A stretch of DNA of 64,000 bases from Bacillota bacterium (GCA_963666425.2 OY762825.2:128001-192000), one strand, 5' to 3'. Counted from the first letter of the stretch, positions 50,950 through 63,576 are shown. Notes: generated from the letters alone by a model not told the origin. Program-made: numbers and translations.

Positions 50950-51489
50950 ATGATTTTACTTCATGCCTGCTGTGCCCCCTGCAGTACTGTGGTGGCAGAG
51001 CATTTTCGCAGCGAACAGCGTCAGCCTTTGCTTTATTATTATAATCCCAATATCCAGTCCTATGCGGAGTACCAACTGCGGCGTGACGCCTTGCTGCAAT
51101 TTGCAGCAGCGGAGCAGTATCCGCTCTTACTGGACGAAAACTATCAGCCGCTTGACTTTTTACGTCATGTTTTGAATATGGAAGGCAATCGCTGCGCCTA
51201 TTGTTATGCGCTGCGCTTGGAAAAAGCTGCCCAAAAAGCCTGTGAATTGGGGATCCGGGAATTCAGTACAACCCTGTTTGTCAGTCCCTACCAGGATCGG
51301 GAAAAAATCATCAATATCGGCTGTTCACTCGCAGAGCAGTACCACCTGACTTTTTTGACACCGGATTTGCGTGCTCAGTATTATCGTTCCATTGCTTTGG
51401 CCAAATCCATGCAGCTCTACCGTCAAGGTTATTGTGGCTGCCTTTTGAGTGAATACGAACGCTATTTTCCCCGTCAAGAGAAGGAGTAG
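50950..51489 (+). CDS. queH: Epoxyqueuosine reductase QueH (DUF208)
   Basis: LLHACCAPC, YNPNI, RC..CY..RL, YRQ.YCGC; next to queA and tgt. Confidence 0.9.
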   Translation: MILLHACCAPCSTVVAEHFRSEQRQPLLYYYNPNIQSYAEYQLRRDALLQFAAAEQYPLLLDENYQPLDFLRHVLNMEGNRCAYCYALRLEKAAQKACELGIREFSTTLFVSPYQDREKIINIGCSLAEQYHLTFLTPDLRAQYYRSIALAKSMQLYRQGYCGCLLSEYERYFPRQEKE

Positions 51490-51493
51490 GTTA

Positions 51494-53051
51494 ATGAGAA
51501 GAACTTTCTTGTTTTTTTTGCTGCTGAGCTGTCTGTTCTTAGCTGACTCTTGTCTGGCGGCAGAGACGGCACCGACCGTTCCGGCCATGATTGCGGTTGG
51601 TCTGGATTACGGTGATGAGGCCTTGCCGGAAGTAAGACTTGGCTTTCAGTCCGGTGTGCGTTTATCCTGCAATAATCTGGAGATCTGGCATTCTGCTGAA
51701 CTGCGCTGTCTGCTGCTTACGCCTGAAAATGGCAACTACAGTCAATTAGCGGTCAGCTTTTCTACTTATGAGGCAGCAGCCGCTTATTTGGTGGAGTATG
51801 GTTACAACGCCGACGCAGCGCCGGCCTATACGCAGGAAGGTTGGAAAGTCTGGTTGGCGACAACCTATTGCGAAACATTGGCCATTCCGGCGACAAAAGC
51901 GGTCGTGAATAGCAGCTGTATCAGGGTCAGGGATGTGGGCGGATTGACCTTGCTTTTTTATCAGCCAACCGCCGGTGACTCAATCGATACGCTAAGAAGT
52001 CATATGGCAGTCTGGCAGGATTACACTGGCGGCGATCTGATCTATGGACCGAATCAGCGCTGTTATCCGGCGGAAATGCTGATTCAGCGCTATCATAGCT
52101 TTGGTTTGACGGTGATCAACAATCTGCCTTTTGAAGAATACATTGCCGCCGTCATTTCCCGCGAGATGTCGCCTTCCTGGCCGGTGGAGGCGCTGAAAGC
52201 CCAGGCGGTGGCCAGCCGCAGCTTTATTCTTACGACGCAATTCGGTACGGCCAGGTATTTGCAGTATGGTTTTGATATCAATACCTATCAACAGACTTAT
52301 ATCGGTATTGATTACGCCAGGGAGCCTTTCGTGCAACAGGCGATTCGTGAAACTGCCGGTGAAGTGATCTGGTATCTTGACAGCAGCGGCAGTCGAAAGA
52401 TGGCTGCTGCCTACTACCATGCAGATGCCGGCGGCAGCACCGAAAATTGTGAAAATGTTTTTGTGCAGGCTGTCTCTTATATTCGAGGGGTGAAAGAATT
52501 CTTCAAGACCGAAAGCCCGGATAACGTTTGGACACCTGTTCCCAGTCATGACCGCTGCAGCAATCCGGCAGAGTTTGCTGGAAGGATATGGTGATATCGG
52601 TGAAATTCGTTCTCTGCGGGTTACGAAAACCGGTGCATACGGGGCAGCGATTGAAATCGAAATTGCAGGCAGTCTGCAAACCATCGTTTTAAAAAAAGGT
52701 GAGGGACGTTATTACTTCGGCCTGAAAAGCTATAATTTCACCGTGACGAAACAATTGAATCTCGGCATCTTAAGTGCAGGCGGCAAGCTGACCAGCTTTG
52801 CCGGTGGCAGAACTGAAGTCATCACGGCGGAGGGCAGCAAAGAGTTAACGGTCAGTGATACGACGATGGTCATGACCGGACAGGGTCTGCAGCAGCTGCC
52901 GGGCAATGCTGAGGTTTATAGCTTCCCGGGTGGCGGCTACGGCCATAATCTGGGTATGTCGCAATATGGCGCTCAGGCGATGGCGAAACTGGGTTATAAT
53001 TACAGAGAAATCCTGCAATTTTATTATACGGGGGTTACGGTAGGAAAATGA
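51494..53051 (+). pseudogene. SpoIID/LytB-domain secreted protein split by a +1 frameshift near 52535-52547 (ORFs 51494-52594 and 52548-53051)
   Basis: Signal peptide and EM..SWP.EALKAQAVASR in ORF1; GGGYGH..GMSQYGA..MA..G..Y.EIL.FYY.G in ORF2; canonical position between ruvB and queA. Confidence 0.7.
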
Positions 53052-54115
53052 GCAACACGGAGCATGAATTATTGGTTTCACAATTTGACTATGACTTGCC
53101 GGAAAACCTGATTGCACAGAGTCCGCTGGATCGACGTTCCGATTCCCGTCTGATGATTATCGACAGGGAAAAAGGTTATTTAGCCGATACTTATTTTTAC
53201 CAATTGTCAGACTGGCTGCAGCCAGGCGATGTCTTGGTGATCAACGATACCAAAGTTATCCCAGCCAGACTGTTGGGGCACAAACCCAGCGGCGGCCAAG
53301 TGGAGTGTCTATTATTGGAACGATTGGATGACTGCCGTTGGAAAACCTTAGTCAAGCCCGGCCAGCGGCTGCAGCCCGGAGCAGAGATGATTTTTGGTGA
53401 CGGTGTCCTGACGGGTGTGATCGAGGAACGCAGAGAAATGGGAGAACGCATCGTGCGTTTTTCCTGGTCGGAAAAACGGCCTTTTGAAGAAGTTCTCGAC
53501 CAATTAGGAGAAATGCCGCTGCCGCCCTACATTCACCTGCCTTTAAAGGAAAAACAGCGCTATCAGACGGTCTATGCCGCGGCATCCGGTTCTGCCGCAG
53601 CGCCGACAGCCGGCCTGCATTTCACACCCGAGTTGATGCAGCAGCTGCAGCAGCAAGGAGTTGAATTTGTCTCGCTGACACTGCATGTTGGCATTGGCAC
53701 CTTCCGTCCCGTCAAGGTGAATCGCATCTCCGAGCATAAAATGCACTCGGAATATTATCAATTAACAAAAGAAGCCGCCGGACGGATCAATCAAGCCAAA
53801 GCCGACGGCCGTCGCATTCTGGCGGTGGGCACTACTTCCTGCCGGGTGCTGGAAACATTAGCCGATACCAACGGTCGTTTAGAGGCTGCCAGCGGATGGA
53901 CGGATATTTTTATTTATCCGGGCTACCATTTTAAACTGATCGATGGACTGATCACCAATTTTCACTTACCGAAGTCCACCCTGCTGATGTTGGTCAGCGC
54001 TTTTTCCAGCTGGGAAATCGTGAAACAGGCTTACCAGGAAGCCGTTCGACGAGAGTATCGTTTTTTTAGTTTTGGTGATGCCACTTTTTTTGCCATTCAC
54101 AAGAAAATCAACTAG
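53048..54115 (+). CDS. queA: tRNA preQ1 SAM ribosyltransferase-isomerase
   Basis: FDYDLP, NDTKVIPAR, PLPPYI, AAPTAGLHF, TNFHLPKSTL, YRFFSFGDA. Confidence 0.98.
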   Translation: MSNTEHELLVSQFDYDLPENLIAQSPLDRRSDSRLMIIDREKGYLADTYFYQLSDWLQPGDVLVINDTKVIPARLLGHKPSGGQVECLLLERLDDCRWKTLVKPGQRLQPGAEMIFGDGVLTGVIEERREMGERIVRFSWSEKRPFEEVLDQLGEMPLPPYIHLPLKEKQRYQTVYAAASGSAAAPTAGLHFTPELMQQLQQQGVEFVSLTLHVGIGTFRPVKVNRISEHKMHSEYYQLTKEAAGRINQAKADGRRILAVGTTSCRVLETLADTNGRLEAASGWTDIFIYPGYHFKLIDGLITNFHLPKSTLLMLVSAFSSWEIVKQAYQEAVRREYRFFSFGDATFFAIHKKIN

Positions 54116-54132
54116 ATTTCATTGACAGACCT

Positions 54133-54203
54133 AAGAGAAACCGTATTCCGCAGCAGCTCCGTTCTGAACGTGAGACTGCCCAGTGAGGATGCGGTTTTTT
54201 CTT
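54133..54203 (+). terminator. Long hairpin terminator after queA
   Basis: AAGAGAAACCGTATTC...GGATGCGGTTTTTTCTT. Confidence 0.6.
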
Positions 54204-54255
54204 CTCCCGCACTAAGAGCAGCTGAGTCAAGATTTGTGCAGAGAAAAGATAATGA

Positions 54256-54284
54256 TTGTCATTCGCCGCAAATATTGTTATAAT
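54256..54284 (+). promoter_or_regulatory. SigA promoter of the tgt-recJ-rel operon
   Basis: TTGTCA-N17-TATAAT with extended -10 TG. Confidence 0.75.
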
Positions 54285-54327
54285 TATCGGTATAGTAAAA
54301 ATGAAGAATTGAAGCATTGAGGTTTAA

Positions 54328-55455
<1,128 letters not shown>

Positions 55456-55463
55456 GTGCGGCC

Positions 55464-57749
55464 ATGAAGAAAAACAATTTTTGGCGGGTTAAGTCTTTTC
55501 CAGTGGCAGAGGATGCGCTTATAGCAGAAAAATTGGGCATCAGCGCGGCTTATTCCGCTTTGCTGCGTTCGCGCGGCTATCGTGATGCAGCCGCCATGCA
55601 GACTTTTTTACATCCAGAGGATGAACAAATGCCGGATCCGTTTACTTTTCGGCAGATGCACCAGCTGGTTGAACGCTTATTGCAAGCGAAAGAGCTGCAA
55701 GAGCCCATCACAATTTACGGGGATTATGATGCAGATGGAGTCTCAGCGACTGCGGTGATGCTGCGCGGTCTGCAGGCTCTGGGCTTTACGAAACTGGATT
55801 CTTACATTCCCAGCCGTTTTGATGAAGGATATGGTTTGAATGCCGACGTGATTACGGAAATTGCCGCGCGCGGCAGCCGGGTTTTGCTGACTGTGGATTG
55901 CGGCATTTCTGCGGTTAGCGAAGCGGAGCTGCTGCAGCGTCTTGGTATTGATCTGCTGCTGACCGATCATCATCAGCCAGGCGATGTCTTACCTGCTGCT
56001 TACGCCATCATCAATCCGCATCTGAAAGAAGAAACCTATCCCTTCCGTCAATTGGCGGGGGTCGGCGTGGCTTTTGAAGTCATTCGCGCTTTGAGCCTGA
56101 CCTTACATCGGCCGGATCTTTTGGCCGCTTTGTTGCCCTATGTGGCAATCGGCACGATTGGCGATGTGGTGGCGTTAAAGGGAGTCAACCGCACTCTGGT
56201 TTACCGCGGTATTAACCAGATCAATCTCGGCAAATCTCCCGGTTTGAGCGCGTTAGCACAAATTGCCGGGATTGGCAGAATTACCTGCGCCTCTCAGATT
56301 GCTTTTCATCTCGTACCGAGGCTGAATGCCAGCGGACGCATGGGCAGAGCGGATACCGCTCTTTCTGCCTTACTCTCTGAGAGAGCAGAGTCTGACAATT
56401 GGGCAGCGAAATTAGAACGACTGAATCAGGACCGCAAGCGGATTGAACTGACCGTTCAAACAGAAGCACATGCTCAATATGCAGCTTTAAGTGAAGCGGA
56501 GAAACATGCTGATGCTTTTCTGTTCTATCAGGCAGACTGGCACAGCGGTGTTTTGGGGATTGTAGCAGCCCGGATGACGGACGAACTGCATGTTCCCGTC
56601 TTCATCTGCTGTCAGGACGGCAACAATATCAAAGGTTCGGGCAGAGCGCCACGCGGCTATGACTTGTATCAAATGTTGGATAGAATTTCGAATCTCTTGC
56701 TGCGCTTTGGCGGACATGCGCAAGCTGCCGGTATAACCTTTGCAGCGGAGCATATCTTGGAAGTGAAAACAGCTTTCTGCGCAGCTGCGAGCCGCGGTCA
56801 TCGTTTGGATTACGATGAGAATACCCTGGCTGCGGATATCGAACTGAATCCGGAAATTGATTTGGTGGAACAACAAACCTTATGGCGCAGTCTGGAACCT
56901 TGCGGTTGTGAAAACGAGGAACCGTTGGTTTTACTGCGCGGGGCAGAGGTTACCCAGGCCAAAACGATTTCACAGGGATTGCATATCAATGTCACGCTGC
57001 AGTATGGTACGCGGCGTTATAATTGTTTCGCTTGGCGCGTCGGTGAGAGGATTGCGGAATTCAGCGGCATTTTGGACGTCATGGTCCGGCTGCAAATCAG
57101 CAATTTTCATGGCAGCGAGAGCTTTCGCCTGGAATTGATCGATTGGCGGCCTTCCCGTCTGGAGGCCGGACCTCTCCTGCAAACACTGCGGCAATTGCCG
57201 CCGGACAGCAATTTCTTTTATACCGAGCCCAATTCAAGAGAAATTCTGGCGGAATCCGGTCTTATCAGCGCATTTCTGCCTCACACCGCTGTCACAGCAA
57301 CATTTCCCTATTTGCCTCTGACGCAGCAAATCGCTGCATCGGAGACCAGAACAATTTGCTTATTGGATCCCCTTTATGAGCTGCAGCTGCCGCAGCCCAA
57401 CCAACGGTTATTCGATGATTTTCAATTACAGCAATGGCGGCAATTGCTGCATTGGCTGCTGCCGGACCGTAAACATTTGAGTGAGTGTTATCGCTGGCTG
57501 CGCGAAGGCGGTTCTATTTTCGATGATGATGATTTAATCAATCGACATCCAGGCAACCTCAGCGGCTTTTATGCCCGTATTTGTGCAAAAAATGCACTGC
57601 ATATTTTTTTGCAGGCGTATTTAGCGACGGTCAGCAATAAAGATTATGATTTTCCCAAGCAAAATGGCAATAAAACAGATTTAGATCAACTGCCGGCCTT
57701 TCAAAAAGTGCAAGGATTGCGTCAGCAACTGCTGCAGCTATATATTTAA
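55464..57749 (+). CDS. recJ: Single-stranded DNA exonuclease RecJ with C-terminal extension
   Basis: GDYDADG, EGYGL, TVDCG, TDHH, PRLNASGR, FGGH..AAG. Confidence 0.95.
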   Translation: MKKNNFWRVKSFPVAEDALIAEKLGISAAYSALLRSRGYRDAAAMQTFLHPEDEQMPDPFTFRQMHQLVERLLQAKELQEPITIYGDYDADGVSATAVMLRGLQALGFTKLDSYIPSRFDEGYGLNADVITEIAARGSRVLLTVDCGISAVSEAELLQRLGIDLLLTDHHQPGDVLPAAYAIINPHLKEETYPFRQLAGVGVAFEVIRALSLTLHRPDLLAALLPYVAIGTIGDVVALKGVNRTLVYRGINQINLGKSPGLSALAQIAGIGRITCASQIAFHLVPRLNASGRMGRADTALSALLSERAESDNWAAKLERLNQDRKRIELTVQTEAHAQYAALSEAEKHADAFLFYQADWHSGVLGIVAARMTDELHVPVFICCQDGNNIKGSGRAPRGYDLYQMLDRISNLLLRFGGHAQAAGITFAAEHILEVKTAFCAAASRGHRLDYDENTLAADIELNPEIDLVEQQTLWRSLEPCGCENEEPLVLLRGAEVTQAKTISQGLHINVTLQYGTRRYNCFAWRVGERIAEFSGILDVMVRLQISNFHGSESFRLELIDWRPSRLEAGPLLQTLRQLPPDSNFFYTEPNSREILAESGLISAFLPHTAVTATFPYLPLTQQIAASETRTICLLDPLYELQLPQPNQRLFDDFQLQQWRQLLHWLLPDRKHLSECYRWLREGGSIFDDDDLINRHPGNLSGFYARICAKNALHIFLQAYLATVSNKDYDFPKQNGNKTDLDQLPAFQKVQGLRQQLLQLYI

Positions 57750-57791
57750 TTTTTAAACAAGGGATTTACGATGGAAAGTGGGGTGATCGCG

Positions 57792-59993
57792 ATGATAACC
57801 TGGCAGGAATTGAAAACCGCTTTGTCAACTTATCTTCAGCCGGAGCAGATTCGCTGGATCGAAGAAGCTTATCTGACGGCTGAAAAGGCGCATGCCGGGC
57901 AAAAACGCATCTCTGGCGAACCGTATATCATCCATCCCTTGTCAGTTGCTTTTATTCTGGCGGAAAGTAAATTGGATCCGGTTTCCATCGCCGCTGCCTT
58001 GCTGCACGATACCGTGGAAGATACAGAGCTTTCCCTTGTCGATTTACAGGAAAAGTTCGGTACAGAAATCGCTCAAATCGTCGACGGTGTCACCAAATTG
58101 GATAAATTGGATTTCAGCAATCTTCTTGAACATCAAACAGAAAGCTATCGCAAACTTTTTTTGGCGATGGCGAAAGACATGCGTGTCATCCTGATTAAAC
58201 TGGCTGACCGCTTGCATAACATGCGCACCTTAAAAGTCAGAACCCTGGCAAAACAGCAAAGTATTGCCAAGGAAACGATGGATATTTATGCCCCCTTGGC
58301 AGGCCGACTCGGTATCAACTCAATCAAATGGGAATTGGAAGATCTGTCTTTCCGTTATTTAAAACCGGAGATGTACTATCAGACCGCAGAATTTGTTTCC
58401 AAAAAGCGCGAACAGCGGGAGGCAGAAGTAGAGCATGCCGTTGCGCTTTTACGGGAATGTCTCGCTGCCGAAGGACTGCAAGGCGAAGTCAGCGGGCGGC
58501 CAAAGCATCTTTACAGTATTTATCGTAAAATGGAAGAGAAGCAGTTGGACTTTTCCGAGATTTTTGATGTCTTGGCGATTCGTGTTCTAGTCAACACCGT
58601 ACGGGAATGTTATGATGTCTTGGGTTTAGTCCATGCCGAATGGCGTCCGATTCCTGGACGCTTCAAAGATTATATCGCTATGCCCAAAAGCAATAATTAT
58701 CAGTCTCTGCATACAACGGTTGCGCTGGAAGCCTCCGAACCTTTGGAGATTCAAATCCGCACCTATGAGATGCATGAAATCGCCGAATATGGTGTGGCGG
58801 CTCATTGGATCTATAAAGAAAAAGAGAAACCGAAAAGAACAGATGATTTTGAAAAAATGAAATGGCTGCATCAATTGGTTGATTTACAAAATCAACCCTC
58901 GGAAGCGGCAGAATATCTGCAGCAACTGCAGAAGAATTTTTTAATCGACGAAGTATTCGTCTTCACCCCCAAAGGAGATCTGTTTGAAATGCCGGCCGAT
59001 GCCACGCCGGTGGATTTTGCTTACCGCGTGCATACGAATATCGGTCATCATTGCGTAGGAGCCAAAATCAACGGCCGTATGGTGCAGCTGAACACAACCT
59101 TGGAGAACGGCGATGTCGTGGAAATCATTACTTCCAAACAAAGCGTCGGTCCCAGTCGGGACTGGTTGAATTTCATCAAAACCGCTTCAGCGCGCTCCCG
59201 TATCCGCCAATGGTTTAAGCATTTGGACAAAGACGAAAGTATTCTCAAGGGTTCGGAATTACTGGAGCGCGAATTTCACAAAGAACTGAAGAAAACCGAT
59301 ATGCCACAGGTAGAGAGTTGGAAATCGCTGCCCTTTGCGCTAATTTTGGAAGAATTCAATTATCCCAATCTGGAAGATTTGCTGGCTGCTATCGGTTATA
59401 CCGATGTCTCACCGCAGGTTGTCGTACATCGTCTGCTGGAAGAAATGCGTAAGCGTCTGCCGGAAAAACCGCTGCCCAATACCAAGGAATTGCTCGACAG
59501 TGTGATGATCGACAGCCGCAAAAAAGATTCCGCCGGAATCATTATTGACGATATCGATAATATCGCAGTTAAATTGGCACGTTGCTGCAACCCAATTCCG
59601 GGTGATCCCATTGTCGGTTACGTGACCAGAGGCCGCGGTGTTTCCATTCATCACAGAGACTGTGCCAATTTGGAAGCGTTAAAAGGGGAAGGCAGACTCC
59701 TGCCGGCCAAATGGGGAACGAAGAATTTGGGGCCGTTCGTTGTGCCTTTGACGGTGACAGCGTTGGATCATGACGGTTTACTGCAGCAGCTTTTAATCGC
59801 TTTATCGGAAGTGAAAGCATCTCTGCTGCAAGTGAAAGCGCGCTCCAATAAGAGCGGTCTGGCTGTGGTCGATCTCTATGTTGAAGTGCGGGATATTGAG
59901 CAGATGAATATCATTCATGATCGATTGTCAAAAGTCCCCGATGTCTACCATGTGGAACATTTGACTCATAAAAAAGAGAATAAAGGAGATTAA
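57792..59993 (+). CDS. rel: Bifunctional (p)ppGpp synthetase/hydrolase Rel
   Basis: [38 protein letters not shown]; TGS, ZFD and ACT domains; alternative ATG at 57771. Confidence 0.98.
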   Translation: MITWQELKTALSTYLQPEQIRWIEEAYLTAEKAHAGQKRISGEPYIIHPLSVAFILAESKLDPVSIAAALLHDTVEDTELSLVDLQEKFGTEIAQIVDGVTKLDKLDFSNLLEHQTESYRKLFLAMAKDMRVILIKLADRLHNMRTLKVRTLAKQQSIAKETMDIYAPLAGRLGINSIKWELEDLSFRYLKPEMYYQTAEFVSKKREQREAEVEHAVALLRECLAAEGLQGEVSGRPKHLYSIYRKMEEKQLDFSEIFDVLAIRVLVNTVRECYDVLGLVHAEWRPIPGRFKDYIAMPKSNNYQSLHTTVALEASEPLEIQIRTYEMHEIAEYGVAAHWIYKEKEKPKRTDDFEKMKWLHQLVDLQNQPSEAAEYLQQLQKNFLIDEVFVFTPKGDLFEMPADATPVDFAYRVHTNIGHHCVGAKINGRMVQLNTTLENGDVVEIITSKQSVGPSRDWLNFIKTASARSRIRQWFKHLDKDESILKGSELLEREFHKELKKTDMPQVESWKSLPFALILEEFNYPNLEDLLAAIGYTDVSPQVVVHRLLEEMRKRLPEKPLPNTKELLDSVMIDSRKKDSAGIIIDDIDNIAVKLARCCNPIPGDPIVGYVTRGRGVSIHHRDCANLEALKGEGRLLPAKWGTKNLGPFVVPLTVTALDHDGLLQQLLIALSEVKASLLQVKARSNKSGLAVVDLYVEVRDIEQMNIIHDRLSKVPDVYHVEHLTHKKENKGD

Positions 59994-59997
59994 AGCC

Positions 59998-60441
59998 ATG
60001 CGGGCAGTTGTTCAACGGGTTAGTCAAGCCAGTGTGCAAGTGGAAGACAGTAAAATTGCTGAAATCGGACCGGGATTGCTGGTTCTATTGGGCGTCGGCA
60101 AAGAAGACGACAGCGCCGACTGCCGCTATTTAGCGGAGAAAATCGTTCATCTGCGCATTTTTGAAGATGAACAGGAGAAAATGAACCGCTCTCTCAAGGA
60201 AATCGGCGGACAATTGCTCTTGGTCTCTCAATTTACGCTCTTTGGTGATACCAAAAAAGGCCGCCGGCCGGGATTCAGCGATGCAGCACCGCCGGAGCAG
60301 GCCGATCTGCTTTATCTCGAGACAGCGGCGTGCATGCGTGCCGAAGGAATTGAAGTGCAAACCGGTCGTTTTCAGGCGCATATGCAGGTGACTTTATGCA
60401 ATGACGGTCCGGTTACCTTGCTGATCGACAGTAAAAAATAA
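59998..60441 (+). CDS. dtd: D-aminoacyl-tRNA deacylase
   Basis: [19 protein letters not shown]. Confidence 0.98.
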   Translation: MRAVVQRVSQASVQVEDSKIAEIGPGLLVLLGVGKEDDSADCRYLAEKIVHLRIFEDEQEKMNRSLKEIGGQLLLVSQFTLFGDTKKGRRPGFSDAAPPEQADLLYLETAACMRAEGIEVQTGRFQAHMQVTLCNDGPVTLLIDSKK

Positions 60442-60457
60442 AGTTGAGGTGGGAAAC

Positions 60458-61093
60458 GTGAATATCAAACGCTTTCGGGTCGGGTCGCTTGCATCTAATG
60501 CCTATCTGGTTTCCAATCAGCAGAAGCAGGCTTTTCTGGTGGATGCCGGCGGTGGTGCTCAAGAAATCTTAGCAGAAATCAGCTCAAAACAGCTGTCTCT
60601 GCTATATCTGATCAATACCCATGGACATTACGATCATATCGCGGATGATGCCGCCATTGTGGCAGCGACCGGCGCAAGACTGCTGATCCACCAGGCAGAC
60701 CTGCCTGCTCTGCAGGATACGGAGCTGAATCTGGCTGGCTACTTAGCTTCTCGTTTTACGCCTGTGCTGCACGGCGAAGCTTTGACAGGGGGAGACCGCA
60801 TTCCCTTTGGTGAAGCAGAGATCCAGGTGCTGCATACACCCGGCCACACGCCCGGCGGCATTTGTCTTTTGCTTGGCGAAGACGTTTTTACCGGCGATAC
60901 ACTGTTTGCCGGTTCGATTGGACGCAGTGATCTGATTGGCGGAGATTCTGCTGCTCTGATGGCTTCCCTCAAAAATGTGTTGAGTGTGCTGCCGGATCAG
61001 GTTGTTGTCCATCCCGGGCACAATCGGGAGACTACAATCGGAGAGGAAAAGGCGACAAATCCATGGCTGAAAATGGCGATGTCTGTCAACTGA
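60458..61093 (+). CDS. MBL-fold metallo-hydrolase (glyoxalase II-like)
   Basis: THGHYDH, HTPGHTPG, FTGDTLF, PGH. Confidence 0.93.
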   Translation: MNIKRFRVGSLASNAYLVSNQQKQAFLVDAGGGAQEILAEISSKQLSLLYLINTHGHYDHIADDAAIVAATGARLLIHQADLPALQDTELNLAGYLASRFTPVLHGEALTGGDRIPFGEAEIQVLHTPGHTPGGICLLLGEDVFTGDTLFAGSIGRSDLIGGDSAALMASLKNVLSVLPDQVVVHPGHNRETTIGEEKATNPWLKMAMSVN

Positions 61094-62280
61094 AACCTTG
61101 GGGGAAACTGAACGGGGTGCGTCCGGGTAAGATCGTGCATAAATTATGGCAGCAAGGTAAAACGGATGCAGAAATTTTACGATATCTGCAGGAAAACGAT
61201 CAGGTCAGCCTGGCCAAAAGCCTGCTGCTGCTGCGTGTCTGCCAGGAGGAAAGGCTCGCTTTTACGCCTGATTTGCCCGTAGAAAAGAAAATCGGTATTT
61301 ATCTGGGTATTCCGTTCTGTCCCAGCCGCTGTGTCTATTGCTCTTTTGCCTCGCATCCGATCAGCAAGGTGCAAGCCCTGGTGCAGCCATTTTGTGATCA
61401 GCTCCTGCGGGAGGTGGAAGCGACGGTCAGCGCTTTTCCGGAAATGTGTCAACTCACGGACCAAATTTACATTGGCGGCGGGACACCCGCTTGTCTTAGC
61501 GGTGAGCAGGTGGAAACGTTGCTGGACAGTCTGCAAAGAAATTTCCCTCGTGCAACGGAAATCACTTTTGAAGGCGGCAGACCGGAGTTGATGACCGAAG
61601 CGCTGCTGCAGCGCTTGCAGGGACGCGTTAATCGAATCTGTATCAATCCGCAGTCGCTGCAAACCAAGACACTGCAGCGCATTGGCCGTTTTCATACGGT
61701 GCGTCAAGTGGAGCAGGCGCTGAATACGGCGCGCCGCTTAGGCTTTCCCTGGATCAATATGGATTTGATTGCCGGTTTACCGGCGGAAAGTGCAGCGGAA
61801 TTTGACGATACCCTGCAGAAAATTATGCAGTGGCGGCCTGAAAATGTCACCATTCACGCTTTAGCCTTAAAACGTGCCTCCCGTCTGCATCAGGATCAAG
61901 CCATGCTGCGGCAATTGGATCATCAGGTTACGGCCAGAATGATTGAAGACTCGCAAAGTCTGCTTGCCAAGCACGGTTATTTGGCGTATTATTTATACCG
62001 ACAGCGGGATATTATGGCCGGGGCGGAGAATATCGGTTATACGCTGCCGGGTTTTGCTTCCCATTATAATATCCTGATGATTGCGGAACGCATGAATATC
62101 ATCGGATTTGGTGTGGGTGCCGCCTCCAAATTTCTTCTGCAGCAAGCCGGTGTGAGTAAACCCTATCGTGTCGCCAATCCCAAGGATGTTTATATTTATT
62201 TACAGCGCGGGGAAGAGAATGCCGTCAAGAAATTCGCTTTCCTGGAAAAAATACTGAGAGGTGATCAGCATGATGATTAA
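61063..62280 (+). CDS. hemZ: HemZ-like radical SAM protein
   Basis: PWG...GVRP.K, GIPFCPSRCVYCSF, GGGTP, NMDLIAGLP, YYLYRQ. Confidence 0.85.
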   Translation: MAENGDVCQLKPWGKLNGVRPGKIVHKLWQQGKTDAEILRYLQENDQVSLAKSLLLLRVCQEERLAFTPDLPVEKKIGIYLGIPFCPSRCVYCSFASHPISKVQALVQPFCDQLLREVEATVSAFPEMCQLTDQIYIGGGTPACLSGEQVETLLDSLQRNFPRATEITFEGGRPELMTEALLQRLQGRVNRICINPQSLQTKTLQRIGRFHTVRQVEQALNTARRLGFPWINMDLIAGLPAESAAEFDDTLQKIMQWRPENVTIHALALKRASRLHQDQAMLRQLDHQVTARMIEDSQSLLAKHGYLAYYLYRQRDIMAGAENIGYTLPGFASHYNILMIAERMNIIGFGVGAASKFLLQQAGVSKPYRVANPKDVYIYLQRGEENAVKKFAFLEKILRGDQHDD

Positions 62281-63538
62281 TGCTCCACGCGGAACCATGG
62301 ATATTCTGCCGAAAGACAGTCGGGTTTGGCGTTATGTGGAAGGCGTTTTTGCCGATGTTTGTGACGCGTTTGGTTATGGTGAACTGCGTCTGCCAATTTT
62401 TGAACACAGTGAGCTCTATTTACGCGGGGTTGGTGAGACCACCGATATCGTCCAAAAAGAGATGTACACTTTTAGTGACCGCGGCTTACGCTCTGTCACT
62501 CTGCGTCCGGAAGGAACCGCCGGGGTGGTGCGCGCTTTCTTGGAGAATAAACTGCAGAATGAACCGCTGCCGGCCAAGCTCTATTACAACGGACCGATGT
62601 TCCGTTACGAACGGCCGGAAGCAGGCCGTTTTCGGCAATTCAGTCAATTAGGCATCGAAGCCATCGGCAGTCATGACCCGGCCATGGATGCGGAAATTAT
62701 CGCGCTGACCATGGAATTTTACCGCCGCCTGGGAATTGAGAAAGCCGATCTCTTAATCAACAGCGTCGGTTGTGCCAAATGCCGGCCGATTCATCGTCAG
62801 GCTTTGATCGACAGTGTCAGCAGCCGGCGGCAGGAACTCTGTCCCGACTGTCAAAGCCGCCTGGAGAAGAATCCGCTGCGGTTGTTCGACTGTAAGAATG
62901 AACACTGCCAGGAGATTTTGGCCGCTGCCCCCAGAATTACCGATTATTTGTGTGATGACTGCAGGCAGCATTTAGCGACGCTGCAAGCATATCTGCAGGC
63001 TTATGGGCTCGCGTATCGCATCGATCCCAATCTGGTGCGGGGTTTGGACTACTATACCCGAACCGTCTTTGAAGTCTATTATCCGGACAGAAGCGTACTC
63101 AGTTCGGCCATCGGAGCCGGCGGGCGTTATAACGGCTTGGTAGAAGAATTGGGTGGCAGTGATTTGCCGGGTGTGGGTGTTGCTTTGGGCGTCGATCGGG
63201 CGATCATGGTCTTACAGGCTGCCAAAACAAATCCTGTTCTCCAACCGCCTCTGCAGGTATTTTTTGCCGCGATCGGCCAGGAAGCGCATTTGCTCGCCAC
63301 CGGACTGATTGCCGAACTACGAAAGAATGGCATTTATTGCGATCAGGATTATCTCAACCGTGGCTTAAAAGCGCAGATGAAATATGCCGACAAGCTCGGT
63401 GCCCAAAACGTGGCCATCCTCGGGGAAGAGGAATTGAAGCGAGATATCCTGGTTTTGCGTGATATGGCGACGAAAGAGCAGACAGAAATGACCAAGGCAG
63501 CGCTGCTGACCCGTTTCCTAACGCAGCCAAAAAAATAG
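62270..63538 (+). CDS. hisS: Histidyl-tRNA synthetase
   Basis: PRGT.D, LRPEGTA, FRYERP..GR.RQF, LVRGLDYY, GGRY. Confidence 0.98.
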   Translation: MMINAPRGTMDILPKDSRVWRYVEGVFADVCDAFGYGELRLPIFEHSELYLRGVGETTDIVQKEMYTFSDRGLRSVTLRPEGTAGVVRAFLENKLQNEPLPAKLYYNGPMFRYERPEAGRFRQFSQLGIEAIGSHDPAMDAEIIALTMEFYRRLGIEKADLLINSVGCAKCRPIHRQALIDSVSSRRQELCPDCQSRLEKNPLRLFDCKNEHCQEILAAAPRITDYLCDDCRQHLATLQAYLQAYGLAYRIDPNLVRGLDYYTRTVFEVYYPDRSVLSSAIGAGGRYNGLVEELGGSDLPGVGVALGVDRAIMVLQAAKTNPVLQPPLQVFFAAIGQEAHLLATGLIAELRKNGIYCDQDYLNRGLKAQMKYADKLGAQNVAILGEEELKRDILVLRDMATKEQTEMTKAALLTRFLTQPKK

Positions 63539-63541
63539 CAC

Positions 63542-63570
63542 TTGCTTCACTCCGCGCTCTATGATACAAT
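63542..63570 (+). promoter_or_regulatory. SigA promoter of 6S RNA
   Basis: TTGCTT-N17-TACAAT with extended -10 TG. Confidence 0.7.
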
Positions 63571-63576
63571 TAAATT

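Noticed and set aside
6713-54203. Long intergenic hairpins (6713, 33872, 43952, 54133) as one REP/MITE family
   Set aside because: No shared primary sequence or target-site duplications; better explained as independent terminators or stabilisers
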